Assembly: GCA_051362555.1 (NCBI GenBank)
Contig: CM120643.1
Location: 17,240,848-17,304,847, forward strand
DNA: 64,000 nt
Reading direction: 5' to 3'
From: Lingula anatina
Taxonomy: Eukaryota > Animalia > Brachiopoda
Under the pieces are notes generated by a model. The model was not told the DNA's origin and made no database searches. It was given only the letters and a program-made list of their open reading frames with translations. Positions 37,300 to 51,708 of this stretch are shown one piece after another (the stretch's first letter is position 1; each line of letters opens with the position of its first letter). The position numbers and the translations under genes are program-made.

Positions 37300-38350
37300 C
37301 TACTGCTATATAGTTAAATCCAGTGATGGAAAGTGAATGACCACTTGCTGTACGTTTTAGCTGTTACGATCCTCTCAATGTACAAGAGGATGCCACTCAC
37401 AAGCAGTTTTCAAACCGCAGAGACAAGGGTACAACTGCCCTACTGCTTTAGTCTTCTCCCACCAGCGAAGAAAATCCTCCCGCGTTAAGCGCGGTACTTA
37501 AATCCCCAGCGGTGTTTTTGGCTATAAGCGATCTCTCAACTTAACTGGACTCACTCGTCGAGTCACGCTTTGCTGAAATTGTAAATTATTTCAGCGCCTG
37601 TGTCGCGCGCGCTCTGGTTTGATAGTTACAGGAGTAACTCCTTCCAGATTTGAAAACAAAGCGTGAATGCTGGCTGGTCGTAGGCCTTGCTTCGTCACGA
37701 GCTTGTATTCCACATTTGATTGTTTCGCTGGATATCTTATTAATTGCTCGACACAGAGCTTGTTTGAGGAGCTTCGTTCGCTCCTTTCCTTTAATATTAT
37801 CACAGAGGCGTACAGTCTTACAATACCTCGTCCGGAGAGTGACCACACCACACTTCACTGGGGTGCTGACCAAATCTTCGAACTTTCGCCTACTTGCCAA
37901 CTTGGAAAAACCACCGTTCGCTAACACCCCACCAAGCTATCTGTAGAGTAGACCCCGGCTCTCCGCTTTCTGTGCTCTGATTAATTGTAGCAACTCTCTC
38001 GCGGAAGATAATATAGTACAGCCACTCGATACTTGTTCAGCCAGCCGGTGTGATCATGGTATTCGTCCCGGCTAATCAAATGATAAGGATGGAATTTTCT
38101 TCCCTGATTGCGCTGCGCGAGAGCTGTCAAGTAGGAGCACGGCCACCCGAACAAACCCCGTCAATCAGCCGAGCGCTTGTGCAGAAATCACTCACTGCCC
38201 TCTCCGCTTGGGTTTCTTTTCAGAGCAGCGGTCTCGACGTTCCTCTGTGCCGTAACACGTCTTATGGTCAGAAATGCGTGAAAAAACGGCTATACCTCAA
38301 GACCAATACTATGCGAGCGTACTGTAGTTAAAAACAGCACAGTAGTCCTA
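37300..38350 (-). promoter_or_regulatory. Probable 5'UTR/promoter of APCDD1
   Basis: Locally GC/CpG-richer, repeat-free sequence directly upstream of the start codon; TSS not determinable. Confidence 0.35.
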
Positions 38351-40294
38351 GGAATTTGCCTTAGAGTCCTAACGTGCGGAAACAAGGGGCTTCCAGTATA
38401 TACAGTACACTGTATCTCGAATATAACGTGCAAGTTATGTACTTCAGACAGTCGCGTTGTTCTTACTCGGAATCGATGAGTTCTGTAGAAATCACGATAC
38501 AGTAATTGTAGCAGGCAAGTGCCCTGACTTACGCTAAATCATCAAATGTGTTAAGTGTGCTCGTGGTGGTATGCGGACTTATCAATAAGCGTAGTAATAA
38601 ACGGTTAAGCGTCCGTCACCTTCGTCGAGTAAAGACAGCTGCTAAGATCGGCTCTGCGGAATCACGTGGACGGTCCGGTCACTGATGTTATTATCAGTCA
38701 TAAACGGAGAATGTTATTGGCTGGTAATTACCTGACACGGAGGTCAAAGGTTACACGTGAAGGTGGTCACAAGGGCACACAGTAGGTGGCTCTTGAGAGG
38801 AAAATAACGGGCGCTTTTACACTACGGACATAAAATTCGATCGTTCTAAATGACGCTGGGTTGATTCGTTTGCAATAGCTTCGCGTAAGTGATTTGTTTC
38901 TCCCTCATCTCTTACACACACCAAATCCACACCATATACCTCCCCGCACCGTTTTCATCTGTACTAGTAGGGCCTACTGTTAAACTGGCATTGAATCGTC
39001 ATCAAGATCGAACCGTTCAAGTTTGCAGTGAACTCGCCCTCACCTTGAGCTTGTTCACAGGTTGTTGAAATCGTCTACGTTTTAGTGAAGTAATTACCTC
39101 CACTTGAATATTGGACCCAAGGGTTCCAGTGTTTTCTGAAGTCAATCGGAACATTTTAATAAGTAAAACGCTGGCGACGGGTGAAGATGTTGAGGACAGG
39201 TGGCGAGGGTGATAGTTTTATATGGCTCTGTAGGCAGAAAAATGATATCAGTTCAATTTTTAAGGAGTGACGTTTTTTTTTTTAAAGTCATCCTCTTGAT
39301 ATAATTCTATTAAACATTTCAAAATATCTGCTTAAAATGGAAAAATAGTACTGTTAGTTTAAGCACAGGCAATCCAAAAGTGGGGAATATATAAATTTGA
39401 ATAAAACTATCACGAACTTCCTCTTTAACAACCAATTTCCTCCCTCACGTTTAATGGTCTCTCGGTGGAAAGGGTGAACATTTATGAGACAGTCATTATG
39501 TGAGGATGATTTTTTCTACACTGTCTGTGAAATAGAACAAAACTAATGATGTATCGCAACATTTATTGATTTCTGTCTCTATTTAAGTTTCTTAAACAAG
39601 TGGAAATCCACTGACTGACAAGGAGAATTCCCTCAAATCATCGTGTACTGGGTTTCTTTTTCTTTCTGATAAATTTGTCCGTGAAGCAGTGATAATAAAG
39701 GGTCTACCCTGAAAAGGGCTGTTCTGCAGTCTAATATGTCCGTCTCCAAATAAAATACGTCTGGACCGGTTTCACAAAAGATCTGAAGGCCAAAAGTTGG
39801 TCTTTGCTTTCAAAATAAAAAATTTCGGTTTTCTTCATTCCAAGTGAAATCCGTTGAATGCGTTTTCTCAGAATTAAGTAAATGAAGACATTGGTTAAAA
39901 AACAGCCATTTTTTTTAGTTTTTTATTATTTAAGGTATATAAACATGTGCAATAGAATGCAATGGACTTCCCCTGCTGGGTATGTCACTGGGTCGAAGTA
40001 GACTGAAATTTTGGACATTATAAAATTGAGACCAATTTGCGTTTTAATGTCCAACCAACACCTGGACTTGTCCGGCTCCACGTCTATTACGGCTACGTAA
40101 TACAAGATACAGGTGGCTGTGCGTTCACTGAATCTTGCGTAATTTTCTGTTAACATGGACGTCCGTGTAATGTCTGAGCAGATCGCAGGCAGATAGTACA
40201 CCTGATCCTCGAGATAAAAGCAGCCGAACCCCAAACGACAGATGTGTGCCTGTCTACAAGAAATGAGGAGGGGACCTTTGAAAATTAGGTTTCT

Positions 40295-40295
<1 letters not shown>

Positions 40296-40361
<66 letters not shown>

Positions 40362-40521
40362 CGCAAAGGCATACACACAATCACAAAAAAAAAAAAAAAA
40401 ACTGGCGCGCGCACACACACATGTACACGCACGCATGTGTCACTTTTCGCGCTCGCGAAAACACACACACACACACACACACACAGAGCGAGAGAGAAAG
40501 AGCGAGAGAGAGAGAGAGAGT
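40296..40521. repeat. Compound microsatellite cluster (GT)n(GA)n...(A)n...(AC)n(GA)n
   Basis: Direct reading. Confidence 0.9.
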
Positions 40522-41695
40522 ACCCCCTCCCCCGGTACACTTCTTTGGTCCAGTAAGCTGTTACATTGTTTAAAGGGGTGTGACGGCGACACAAAAGCGA
40601 GACTACCGTTAATGCGTTTCTCTCAATACCTTGCCACAGCGTGGACTGTTGCCACATAATCCGTAATTGCGTTATTTGCAAGTGGGATAAAACCCCGAGG
40701 AGAGAATGTTTGAATAATGATTTGCAGCAGTGAAAGGCAGGACTAAAAGTTGAGTAAAAGGCAAATACCGAGGGAAACCGGCGAACAAAAAAGTTCGGAA
40801 GCCAATTAAAGGGGAGTTTAAAATTGAGTACCGTTTGTCATGAAGTGTTTCATGTTGCTTTGTAAATGTTCTGACATTTCAATGGAGTTTTGTGTAAACC
40901 CAGTGAACTGGTCGCGAAGAAATTCAATAAATCACACCTATCGCTTCCCCATCAAGGTCTATTTACCTACTCCCTCATGTGGATAGGGTTCGGTTAAAGC
41001 AGCACCCTTCTTGTGAATTCAACACTGACTTTTACATAAGCCACGAGACGTGATTAAGAGAATCGAACAGAGCTTGTTGACTTTTAATCATCCCCACTCA
41101 TTCTCAAACGGATTCTTTGCAAGTTATCCGCTCGGGATTTCCTCAGTATTTTGACTGTGGGTGGAAGGGGTAAATGTTAACGTAATGTTTTCACAGTTTA
41201 AGGTTTTGGTTGATTTAGCGGTTTTGTAACAGTACCGGTAACATTGTGTTCAGCGTTGGTCCTAATTTGCCCGTTAAGCCCTTATTGCAACAAATATGCA
41301 TGACAATGAAAATTGCGGAGTGAAAGGAAAGAAAGAAAAGGGAGAAATGAGAGAGAGAGAGGTGGGGGAGAGATGATTAAGGGTGCAATAAACCAAGACT
41401 CGGCTAGCCGGTTGCATAACCCCTGCACTCACTAATTAACCGTTTCCTTTGATACTGGACGGACAGCTGTCCATGCTGCGCACCCTGTTTTTAATTGTCT
41501 ACTGAAAACAAAGCCACACAGCTCCAGTTAAAGATAACGAAGGGCGTATACGGGGTGGAGGCAGATAAGCGCACGGTCCCTGATGCGCAGGGTTGTGTCA
41601 CAATGGAATATATTGCAAATGTGATGTCTTACAGTTATAAAAAGGTCCAAAGATGTTTGTGACATTAAATAATGCAGGGAGATGGGTATCTAGAG

Positions 41696-41697
<2 letters not shown>

Positions 41698-41752
<55 letters not shown>

Positions 41753-41753
41753 A
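41698..41753. repeat. (TAAA)n microsatellite
   Basis: Direct reading. Confidence 0.9.
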
Positions 41754-41929
41754 TTTGAATGAAAATTTCAAAATATTAAATACAAACCTATCAAGACAAA
41801 AAATATATGGGAAGTCGTTTCTGCGTGTTCAAACACCCCGTGCACTCCAGATAATAACTAGCAGTATGATTACCGGCACACACTGATGACCGTGATCATC
41901 ACGAGTCCGTTTATTCCCCATTAATTTAC

Positions 41930-41990
41930 CCATCTCTAAAGAGACCCAAATGACAGACATCAATAAAATCATCCCTGATGACATTTGCAT
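41930..41990 (-). CDS. Candidate alternative first coding exon of APCDD1 (second signal peptide)
   Basis: ATG at 41990 encodes the hydrophobic MQMSSGMILLMSVIWVSLEM and ends G|gtaaat (phase 1, compatible with exon 2). The donor is weaker than at 37240. Confidence 0.4.
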
Positions 41991-44529
41991 CTGAGATCGC
42001 GGTTGTTTATAGGTCAATTACCCGGTTTGAAAGCGGGAAGATGAGATCGTTTATTTCGTCCACTCCAAGTATCGATTGGCGGTTGATTGCAGCGATTGAT
42101 GAAACCCGCGGGTCGCGTTCACACGATCCCGATCGGTCCCGTGGAGGTCCAAGCGACGTTCCTCTTGGCTCCGAGATGAGTGGAATTGTCACCGGTGCTT
42201 TATGACTAACACTGCTCGCTGTTTCGGTATTGAAACCTTACCTCCTTTGCCTCATATTTTGACTACAAAAACATGAAAAACAAGCCAACTAACAATACCT
42301 GGCAAGCACTTCCAGTACAAGTAAGTGTATCTCTATAGATTTTCTGTCAATTGAGACCTTTTTGCTTCCAAGTGCTTCAGCTGTGCGCTTTTGTCGATAC
42401 ATGGAAATAAAGGTCTACGGGATTTCGGTTTTGCCAATATTTTTGCGTTTAATTATTCAAAAATTTGTTAGGTCGTTTTGCTTCTAAATCCTGTGCTATA
42501 GTGGATAATGTTCAAATAAAGGTCTACCCAATTTGAGGACTTAAATGTATGGTACCGCTGCTTGTGAAGAGCGGTCAGTTTTGCCTTTTCTATTTTGTAA
42601 TATTGTCTTTGTGTTTGAATCTGTTAGTAGTATACATGCAGACTCAATTATAACGTAACTTCTCCGGCTTTTGTGCTTTTACAAGTACTTATTCCAACAC
42701 TTAGATGTCTTGCAAATGTGCGTGTACTCAGCGTCATTCGATTCAAAACATAGACCTTAAAATATAACTTGACTCCATGGCTGAATGTGTGTATGATGTG
42801 TACGTGTGCATTAATTTTATTGATACACGTGTGTTTTTGCGCACTGACGAGAACAGATCTTTTCGAGCGTCTTTGGCATGATTCAGTACAATACAACTTA
42901 GAAGCAATTCACACTGCACTTCTGTGACTTTATTTTGCAAATAAAATCTACAAGAGAACCTAATCCACAAACACATCAAAAGAAACGTCTACTGTTTCTG
43001 ATATGGTTGTTTTACGAAGCCGTAACCGTCTTCAAGACGTTGCTGACTTCTTCTGTCAACACCTTGCAGATACAACTGTTATGAAAACGTCTCTGCTTTC
43101 TTGGCATTTAAAAACACTAAATATTATGGATATTTTTAGGCACGTGGCTGATCCCCTCTTTTTTCTCTCCCTTTTCTTTGCAGATACGAAACTCAAGAAG
43201 AAAGAAACTTCATCTTCGTGAATTATGGTACAATTACCTTTAACGCTCTGTAAGGAAGGAACCCTTTGTGCCGGGGTCGTAGTCAAACCTATTAGAGTGC
43301 ACCTGATGTGGGAGACCTCAATGTGTTTATGTCAATCACAGCGAAAAGTGATATCCACTTGAAAAAAAGACGGAAGACACAGGTGTGGAGACTAAAACTT
43401 CGTGGGCAAATTTTCTATAATCTCCAGCGGTTCTGTCGGGCAAGATCGAATTTAGCCTACTGCTTTGAAATTTGCGCTAAATAAGGGTATGGACTCCCTA
43501 ATGACAGACGCGCGCAGACGACATGGCGTTTTTGACGTTTTCTTGATAAAAGAAATAAATTACCACTTAATGATATGCCGCCTCAAACTGTCATTCATGA
43601 AAAATGCTAGTCTTTGAAAAATTTCGAAAAATGGTGGGAATTTTGACACATTGCCTACCCCGCAGCCGTTATTTGTCATATAAAATGATGAAGGGCACAA
43701 GGGTGAATTATTGGAGCGAAATGCACCATGCAAACGTAATCTGTCTTTATATCAGTTTTATTTATTCGTTCAAAAAACCGCACCCAATTTCAAAAACTTT
43801 TTCCAATATTGCCATTTTGTATCTAACGATCTCAGCGTTCCATGTTCTTTCGACAACCAATAACATTTTGTTAATCTAAAATTGGAATGTTTATTACAAA
43901 TCATTTCGAAATCCCGCTTTATTTTGATACCGACAAAAAGATTTAGGTTTTTTTTTCAGTGTCTGAGCTTGAACCCCTTTATTTTCTTTCTTCTCCCTGT
44001 TTCTATTTTCTTTATTTTTCATATAAGTGTATTAGGTGACTTTTATCGAAAAAACAAAGTTCTACACCAGACGCAAAATTATTCAATAACACATCTGGGC
44101 CAGAGCATATCAGAAAACCCACGTTGTTGGGCAAAATGAACCGACATAACATATTGAACTTTCACTTCCTCGATTAGACTGACAGATCTAATTCCTTGAA
44201 AGCGAGGCAGTGGCACTCATCTACAGGAGACGATTTATAGCCTCGTAAAATTCAAAGTTTGTTATGAAAATCGTAGAATTTGCTCAATCTCAATACTCCT
44301 TGGTCATCATTCGGATCTTTGATAATAAGAAATATAATCGCACATCATAAGAAAACTGCCGTGGTCGGCCTTTTTATTAGCTTAATTGATATTTTGTTGA
44401 ATTTAGAAGCAAAAAAAACGCCAAAGATCGCCAGTGACCTGGTTCTCAAATCGAGGCACGATGTTTTGTTTCTGTGTTGGAGTTAGAGCTAGATTCCAGA
44501 CTTGAGTATATTCATAAACGTTTTTTTTT

Positions 44530-44571
<42 letters not shown>

Positions 44572-45324
44572 AGCCCCGACTTTTATCCCAGGTAAAGCAG
44601 CTGTCAGTCTAAAACATGGACGTTTCCAACTTTTTTTTTGTGACATGGTTCAAATTTTGCCAGCAAGTGGTCTGAGAAATGCAATCAAAACAATCCAAAA
44701 CTAATTTATAGCCAGTTATTTGTACTGTTATAGAAAGCAATTAGATTTAGTGTTACCAGTACTCAGTGTTACTGTATTATTCTAATATGTTACATGTATC
44801 ATTTCTAGATTTAAACTTGGCTAAAAGTTTCGATCTTAACATATTGACTAAAGTTGGACACTAATGTCTGCATAGTGAAACAGAACCCAGGTCGTTAGTG
44901 CGCGTTTATTTTTTGTCTAAAATGCACGTGATTGAGGCATATTCCAACTACAAAAGTAAAAAAAAAACATTGTTGGTGCTGCACGCAAGGGGTATTTGAT
45001 CCCGGGAACACGACACTCTCCATGATAATCAATCTAGATGTTCTCTCCCAATTGCACGATAAAGGTAGTTTCCATTTTTTGTATAGTTTAAGATGCTTTT
45101 TGCCGGGTCGATTATCCTATACAGTTTGATAATAAAGAAAACTGATCTCATTTAGCGGGAATGTTTTTCTTATTTTCCACTTGTTTTCATATCTTTTCTC
45201 TTCTTCTTTTCTTTACCTTATTTTGATTTCTTTTGTTTCCTTTTCTATAGCACTATTTTGCTTCATCGTCTACCTTTTTTCTCTCCCCCTTGTCTTCTTT
45301 TTTGTGGCATTTTCATTACTTTAA

Positions 45325-45549
45325 GACCCCATTCCCACAGACACCGGCAGTCTAGTCAGATCCATCCAACTCTGCAGGGACTCTCGCTGAGTGTAATCAG
45401 TTGAACTGAATGACACTCCTCCTCTTGTTTCCAACTTACTCGTATAATCACCAGCTTCTCTAGGTCAGTTAAGCTGATTGCACTCAACAAGAGTCCCCTC
45501 AGAGTTGGATCGATCTACGTAGACCGATAGTGTCTATGGGAATGGGGCC
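45325..45549. mobile_element. Diverged foldback MITE, Harbinger-like termini
   Basis: Arms GACCCCATTCCCACAGACAC...ATCCAACTCTG...GGGACTCT...TGAGTGTAATCAG versus CTGATTGCACTCA...AGAGTCCC...CAGAGTTGGAT...GTGTCTATGGGAATGGGGCC; flanks TAA / TAT. Confidence 0.75.
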
Positions 45550-46821
45550 TATGTTTCATTTACATCCTGTTAACTAAACGTCTAACGTCGCGAGGAAAAA
45601 CCACTTCACACGCTGTGAATTCATCATGGCTCGTCCTTGACGTCACCTGTTTCAGTCTCATTGAGATGGCCTCCATCTAAAGGTTAAATTTATCAAAACA
45701 CTGCCTCTGCCCTTTCTCAAAACATGAGACAATTTCAAACTCTCGCACAAATTGAGAAGGAGATTTCCTTATCTTTGCTGATTGAATCTTAACTATGTTA
45801 TGTCCAGGTATCTTACACAGATTTGTGAGAAATAGATTTGTAGCAGACAGTGAAATCTGCAGTTTCTTTGCAGGGTGTAGGGAATTGTAATTTTGGCTCG
45901 GGGGTGGGGAGTTGGGGCAAGGGGGTTGTGTGTCTGTATGTGCTGTGCATCTTGTGTGTGTGTGTGCGCGTGCGTGTTTGCTTGCGTGCTTAGAGGCAAT
46001 GCGTGTGTTGCTTATTTTATCGATCGAAACAAAAAGTACAATATTCAAACTGAATGCTTTGCAATGCTTGTAAGGTATGAAATATATGGACCTTTTGGTA
46101 GACTTTAGTCTTTTAGAAAGTTGACAGATTTTCATTTAACGTAGCTACTAATTTGCTAAAGCAAAAAGTGCACATGAATACAACTTCGGGTATCAATTTC
46201 CAATATTTGTTTATGTCCTATTCTAAAGCAAATAGCAATAAGCATATTTCGTATCTTTAGTATAAATACTGTCAGTCAGACACCCCTGTGTCCTGTGTCA
46301 CAAAATAACCTAAGCCAAAAAATTGATCTTTACTTTTAGACTACAATTTTAGTCTACCTTGGAAGTAGATCAGCAGTCGATAGTCCTTCAATTGCCCAAT
46401 TTTATTTTTAATAATTATAAGAATTAATCAGTAGTATTTCAGTTTAATGAAATATTCTGCCTGATCTACATGTATAACCTGACTGACATAAGTAATGTTT
46501 CTGGAATTAGTATTAGAATTAGAACAGACCAAATATTGGCTGTAAATTTAACATTAATTTTCAGACTGTTGTGTCACCGTCCTTTGTTCTCACCCGTCAG
46601 CGGTTCTACTGCATCCCGTCACGTGCAAGCTAAGGGGATGCCATGTTACCCTCGGGCCTTTTATGCCTTCTCCTAGCCTTTTTTGTTCAGATACCGCTCT
46701 GTCGAGTTTATCAAGGGTTAAATTTTCGATTACAATTCTAATGAAGTCTGTTCGTTAAGATTGGGTTTGCGGAAAGCCCTAGGAAACAGAGCGATGATTC
46801 ATGAAAAATTGCGAATTGGAA

Positions 46822-46825
<4 letters not shown>

Positions 46826-46867
<42 letters not shown>
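46826..46867. repeat. (GA)n microsatellite
   Basis: Direct reading. Confidence 0.9.
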
Positions 46868-46874
<7 letters not shown>

Positions 46875-49421
46875 GAAAGTGAAAGAGAGAGCGCTCGTAT
46901 ATTGAAATAGTCTAGTAGATCAAGGGGCAGATTTTTCAAATTGTGTTGAAATGTGCAGTAGTCAATTGCAATTTTGGGGATATCATTACCTGCTTAAGAA
47001 TGGGAATGAAGAATCCAGACAATGAAATTCCCGTGAATGTTAGAAGACATCGCTTTGTATCTCTTTTTTAACTGCGTTCGGATAGATTATACCCCATTTT
47101 AGATTGAAGCTTATCTTCTTCCAAAATACGCACAAAAGGCAAGGCCCACCTAACCAACATACGACTTTGCAAATGTTAATAATTGGCCATGGTACTAAGT
47201 TGATGGGAAAATGAAAATAAACACATTTAAGTGTCAGTATATGAAAGGACAAATATACTGACAAATCTATTAAACAGTAACAGTATACAAACATAACGCA
47301 ATTTTAACATTTTTAGATAAATTGACTTCTCCTCAATTAAGGTTACGGTACAATCTGATAATATGACTGGTAATTCCCCCGTAGAACCCAATAGTGATAA
47401 TTGCAGACCAGTTCCTAACACTCATTGTCCCAACACGCTCGTGAAGACCACAGATATGGGAATTCTAATGGCGACATTTTTCATTGACAAAGAAAGTGCT
47501 TTTCTCTTGCCGCCTATCTGGCACAAGCACGCTTCCAGCGAGTCATGTGTATTGGCTTCACTCTCACTGTCGCAATGTGTTGCTGAAACCGCACAGGCTG
47601 TTCGAAGTGAATTCTGCGAATTGAAGTGAATTCTGCGAACAGAATGAATGCCACAGAACGATGTTCGTGCTGTCATTCTACGTGCTGATCAGCCCACGTT
47701 TGTAAATAATAAAAGACATTGCAAAACTTATCTCCATATGCTGTCGCAGAGTACAAATACCCCTGTGCATTAAATTTTAGCAACAAAGGTTCCATCCTTA
47801 TTCCATAAACCGCTTTTAAATAGTTGACAAATGACGGTGATCGAATGGAGACATGGCGCCCGTTAGATTTAGAGCTTAGCTGAGACTACTAAAATCGGAT
47901 AGCCGACTACGGAAGTCGACTTTGCAATATTGCATATCACTTCAGTCTAAGAGTGTTTTGAGCCCCAATACTGGCATAAATAACCAAATGGGTTTTGGCA
48001 CTTTCAGAACGTAAAAATCATTGTCATAACAATCAGAATTTACTTAATGAACTCTAAATAATAATAAACCGACAAAACGAGGTGAGTGACAATTTAAAAG
48101 ATTCTGCTAAACGCAAAAAAAAGTCGACTTTAATCCTTTAATCCCTGCTAGAGGTGGTTTTTTGTCCTTAGGTGCCTTGCGAAGGGAGCAACGTGGTCAA
48201 AGTCGCATTTTTGTAAGAAACTCTTTGTATAAATAATCTATTATCACTGTACAGGTAGGTAAAAAACAGTTGTAATTTTAAGCAAAGTTTCACGTGGGGA
48301 AGGGCCAGAGAACCAAGATCCCTGCAAAACTGTGCATTCACCTGTACATACTATATAAAAATATCCCCACCCATTTTAGCAAAGAAACATGCTAGAACGT
48401 GAGAACCAAAGCCATAGCAGGTGGCAGTGGCACAATCATGTAAATTAGATAACTGGAAGTGAATTCTACCCATTGCCCATCACGCACGAGGGCCACTTTC
48501 CTTTCTCTTCAGCCTCATGGTACAATAAGGGCGAAATGAGCAAATCCGATATTAGGCAGAACGCTCGAAAAATTGACTAGACGTGCAATTAAAATCAATA
48601 AACAACAAAAAGAGGGGCTTTGTATCCAAATACAATTACCAGTATTGAGCTCCGATTAACCGTATTAAGGCCTCGTATTTCTCAAAATTCAAATTAAGCA
48701 CGTTCCTGTTTGTCGTAATTCGACGGCTCAAAAGTTAGTGTGGAAGGCGGAGAACATGAAACAGAAAGATAAGGGTGAAATAAGCGGTGAGGCATGGGGG
48801 TCTGTCCAGTCTCCCCCAACGAGAGGATAGTTTCGTGTACCCAAACATAAAATACAATGTCGGTAAACCGCTTTGGTTCATATATTCGCTGTGTAACAGC
48901 GTTTCACATTGTCTCTAACGGTAACAGTATGCTGTGCAAAATGATGAAAAAGCTTTGGTTAACCCCTCCCCTTTTCTTTTGGAATACTGCCACCTGTACG
49001 ACCGAACTTCTGTTTTTATCCAAAAAATAGCGACTAGAACTTGAAAAAGTACACATACACAGTATTTAGCATATTTGTGTTTTACAACTTACACATCTAC
49101 TGGTTGCGTTTTTCCCACCCATTCCCTTAACTGACCCAATCTAATCATTAAACCAAATATGAAGTCGTTTCAGTAAATTATCTCGTAGTACCATACTTGT
49201 ATCTATGTATCTTTCAACGGGAAGAGCATTTCCAGTAGATAGGGAAAAAAGGGCAAAACATATTGGTAGCTAATTAGCAGTAACTGTCAACAGAAATTAA
49301 GGCAAAAAGTGTTCTTTTTCATTATGGTTTTAGTTGATAGAAAATATTCCCTTTTATTGACAAAGTTGCGACATTCATATTGATATATTCACTGTAAATG
49401 CACTTGTAATGTTTCCTATGT

Positions 49422-49423
<2 letters not shown>

Positions 49424-49477
<54 letters not shown>

Positions 49478-49493
49478 TATTATTATTATTATT
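49424..49493. repeat. (TAA)n abutting inverted (TTA)n microsatellite
   Basis: Direct reading. Confidence 0.9.
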
Positions 49494-51708
49494 GTCGTGT
49501 CGCACGTAATGTAGATGGCGACATACATTATGTACCAGTCATACCGTTTCGAGCTCAATTAACGTTATTATTCCAATATATGGGAAGCTGGCTGACATGT
49601 AGACTACAGGTAAACTAAAAATCTACAGCTTAACTTATTGGTACAGAGGGTAAAAATTTGCACCACTTTAAGAATATATTTCTGCTTGTCTGTGACGTTG
49701 TCTCAAAATAAGTTTACCATATCTCGTTAATAAGATGGCGACAAACAATATACAGGATGCATAAATAAAACAAGAAGATTGTAGCTCATTTTTTATGGAT
49801 CTAACTGTAGAAGAAAATGACAAGTACAATGCATAAACTACTGACATTGCAGTTTCTATAATGGTCTCAAATGGACCGCAGATAAATCGGACATATAGAT
49901 AACCATATCAACTATCGACAATAAGAAAAAGTGACAAAAATTCGACTATGATAATAATGATATAAATCATCTCTATAACTATAATCAAAGGTGCCGGCAA
50001 TGTTTATGATACCTTGTTAAAGATGGCGGTTCACCGGAAAAGATAATGGAGACAGATGATGGCGACATCCGGGCTACTTGTGGAGAGAGAGAGAGAGAGG
50101 GAGAGAGAGAGAGAGACGTACTGTTTCTCTTTGAGATCGTCAAAGTTATTTAAACAATGTGTACCAGTTTTCCTTAAGTTTGTATGGCTTATGGAAATAA
50201 TGATAATGCCTGAACGCTTTGTAAAATTAAACTAATCATATTTAATTCAGCAAAACATCCGATCGTTGAAACTATACCACTTTTGGCACTGTATTCCATT
50301 GAGGAATTCTATCAGCCCCTGCTGCATTATCAGTCTCACTCAATCTTTAATAGAAATAACTGGACTGATAGAGTTAATTCGACGCTTGCTCGGTTCATCT
50401 GGGATTATCCACGGAAAAGCATTTAACGCCATGCAAAGCTTTACTATCTAATGGAATAAGAAAGGCGAATCTATCTGCGAAAAGGTCGATAATTTGATGT
50501 TGATATTGGCTTCATTTCGAATTATTCAGGACTCTGTTAAATCTCAAGGGGGGCGTGGTATTCTGTAGGAATATCGGTCAAGCCGGTGTTGTATCTTTTA
50601 ATGTAAAGGTTGGGGAAGAGGAGGAATTAAGAAAAAAAATGTCAGTCTTTTCTTGTGATCTGGGTACCGTCTGCACAGATTAAACTGATACAAAAAAAGA
50701 CTGGATAACGTCCCAGCCCAGATCTAATCGTATCTTATAATCCCTGGCAAAAGAAGCGATGATTTAAAGATATCCATTGCAATAGCGTCAATTTAGTTTT
50801 TCCAGTATGTATAAGGGGGTTATAGAATTTCTTGAATTTCTTCTCTTAATCCAGGTGGTCTTCGGCCTTCAATGGGCTCCCGATAATTACAAGGGACCAG
50901 GTATCCCTATACCACCTCATGGCCCCCTTTTATCAAAAATAAATTGAAGTCTATTATCAAAGTTAATCTTTTTTAACCAAATGGGTGGTAATATACGACT
51001 TGGGTTACCATAAAGAAAAGACTCATAAGCGAGAGGGCAAGGAGGTTAGCCGTGCTGGGTTTTACGCAAAGCAAACCGATACTGGATGGGAAATATACCG
51101 CAGTGCTTTCATACTTAAGGGCCGATGCTCTTAGGGTGGGGGAGGAGCGTTCACGACTCGTACCACTGAACATGTGAATGGGTCAAACGGCCAATTTTAA
51201 AAGTAAGTGTCAGTAATGGCTTGATGGTCAAGTGCCTTTTTCACATTCTTTGATTTTTAATGTTACAGATGTACTTGTTCCATCTCTCGGTTATGATTTC
51301 CAGTTCCTGGTTGCGGGTATTGTGCTAGGTGTGCCAGTCTCATGTCAGATGCACATTTGAGAAGCTTAATCTCACCAAGTTGCGGCAGCAGTGCTTCTCT
51401 TGCGGTGAAAAACGAACAATATAAGCAACGTAAGTATGTCGTGCGGATCGCTTGTGATTGCCCCTTTCAACGCATAATCATTTTGTAATAAGAAGAATGG
51501 CTTGACCTAACAGCGTACAACTGTATCACCCCATGACGTGGATCCATGCAGCAAAGTAACTCAGTACACCTTGGTCATCTGTTAAACCGACTCAATTTAA
51601 ATCAAAAGCGCAACTTACAAGTGATTGTGCTTCTTTTACATGTAGATAGTTCCTGGATGGCACTGTAGGGCGACAAGATCTCTAGATCTGTTTGAAAGGT
51701 AGCACACA

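Noticed and set aside
39926-40681. 251-aa ORF
   Set aside because: It is held open by dinucleotide microsatellites (CVCV, HTHT, LSLS) and contains no domain.
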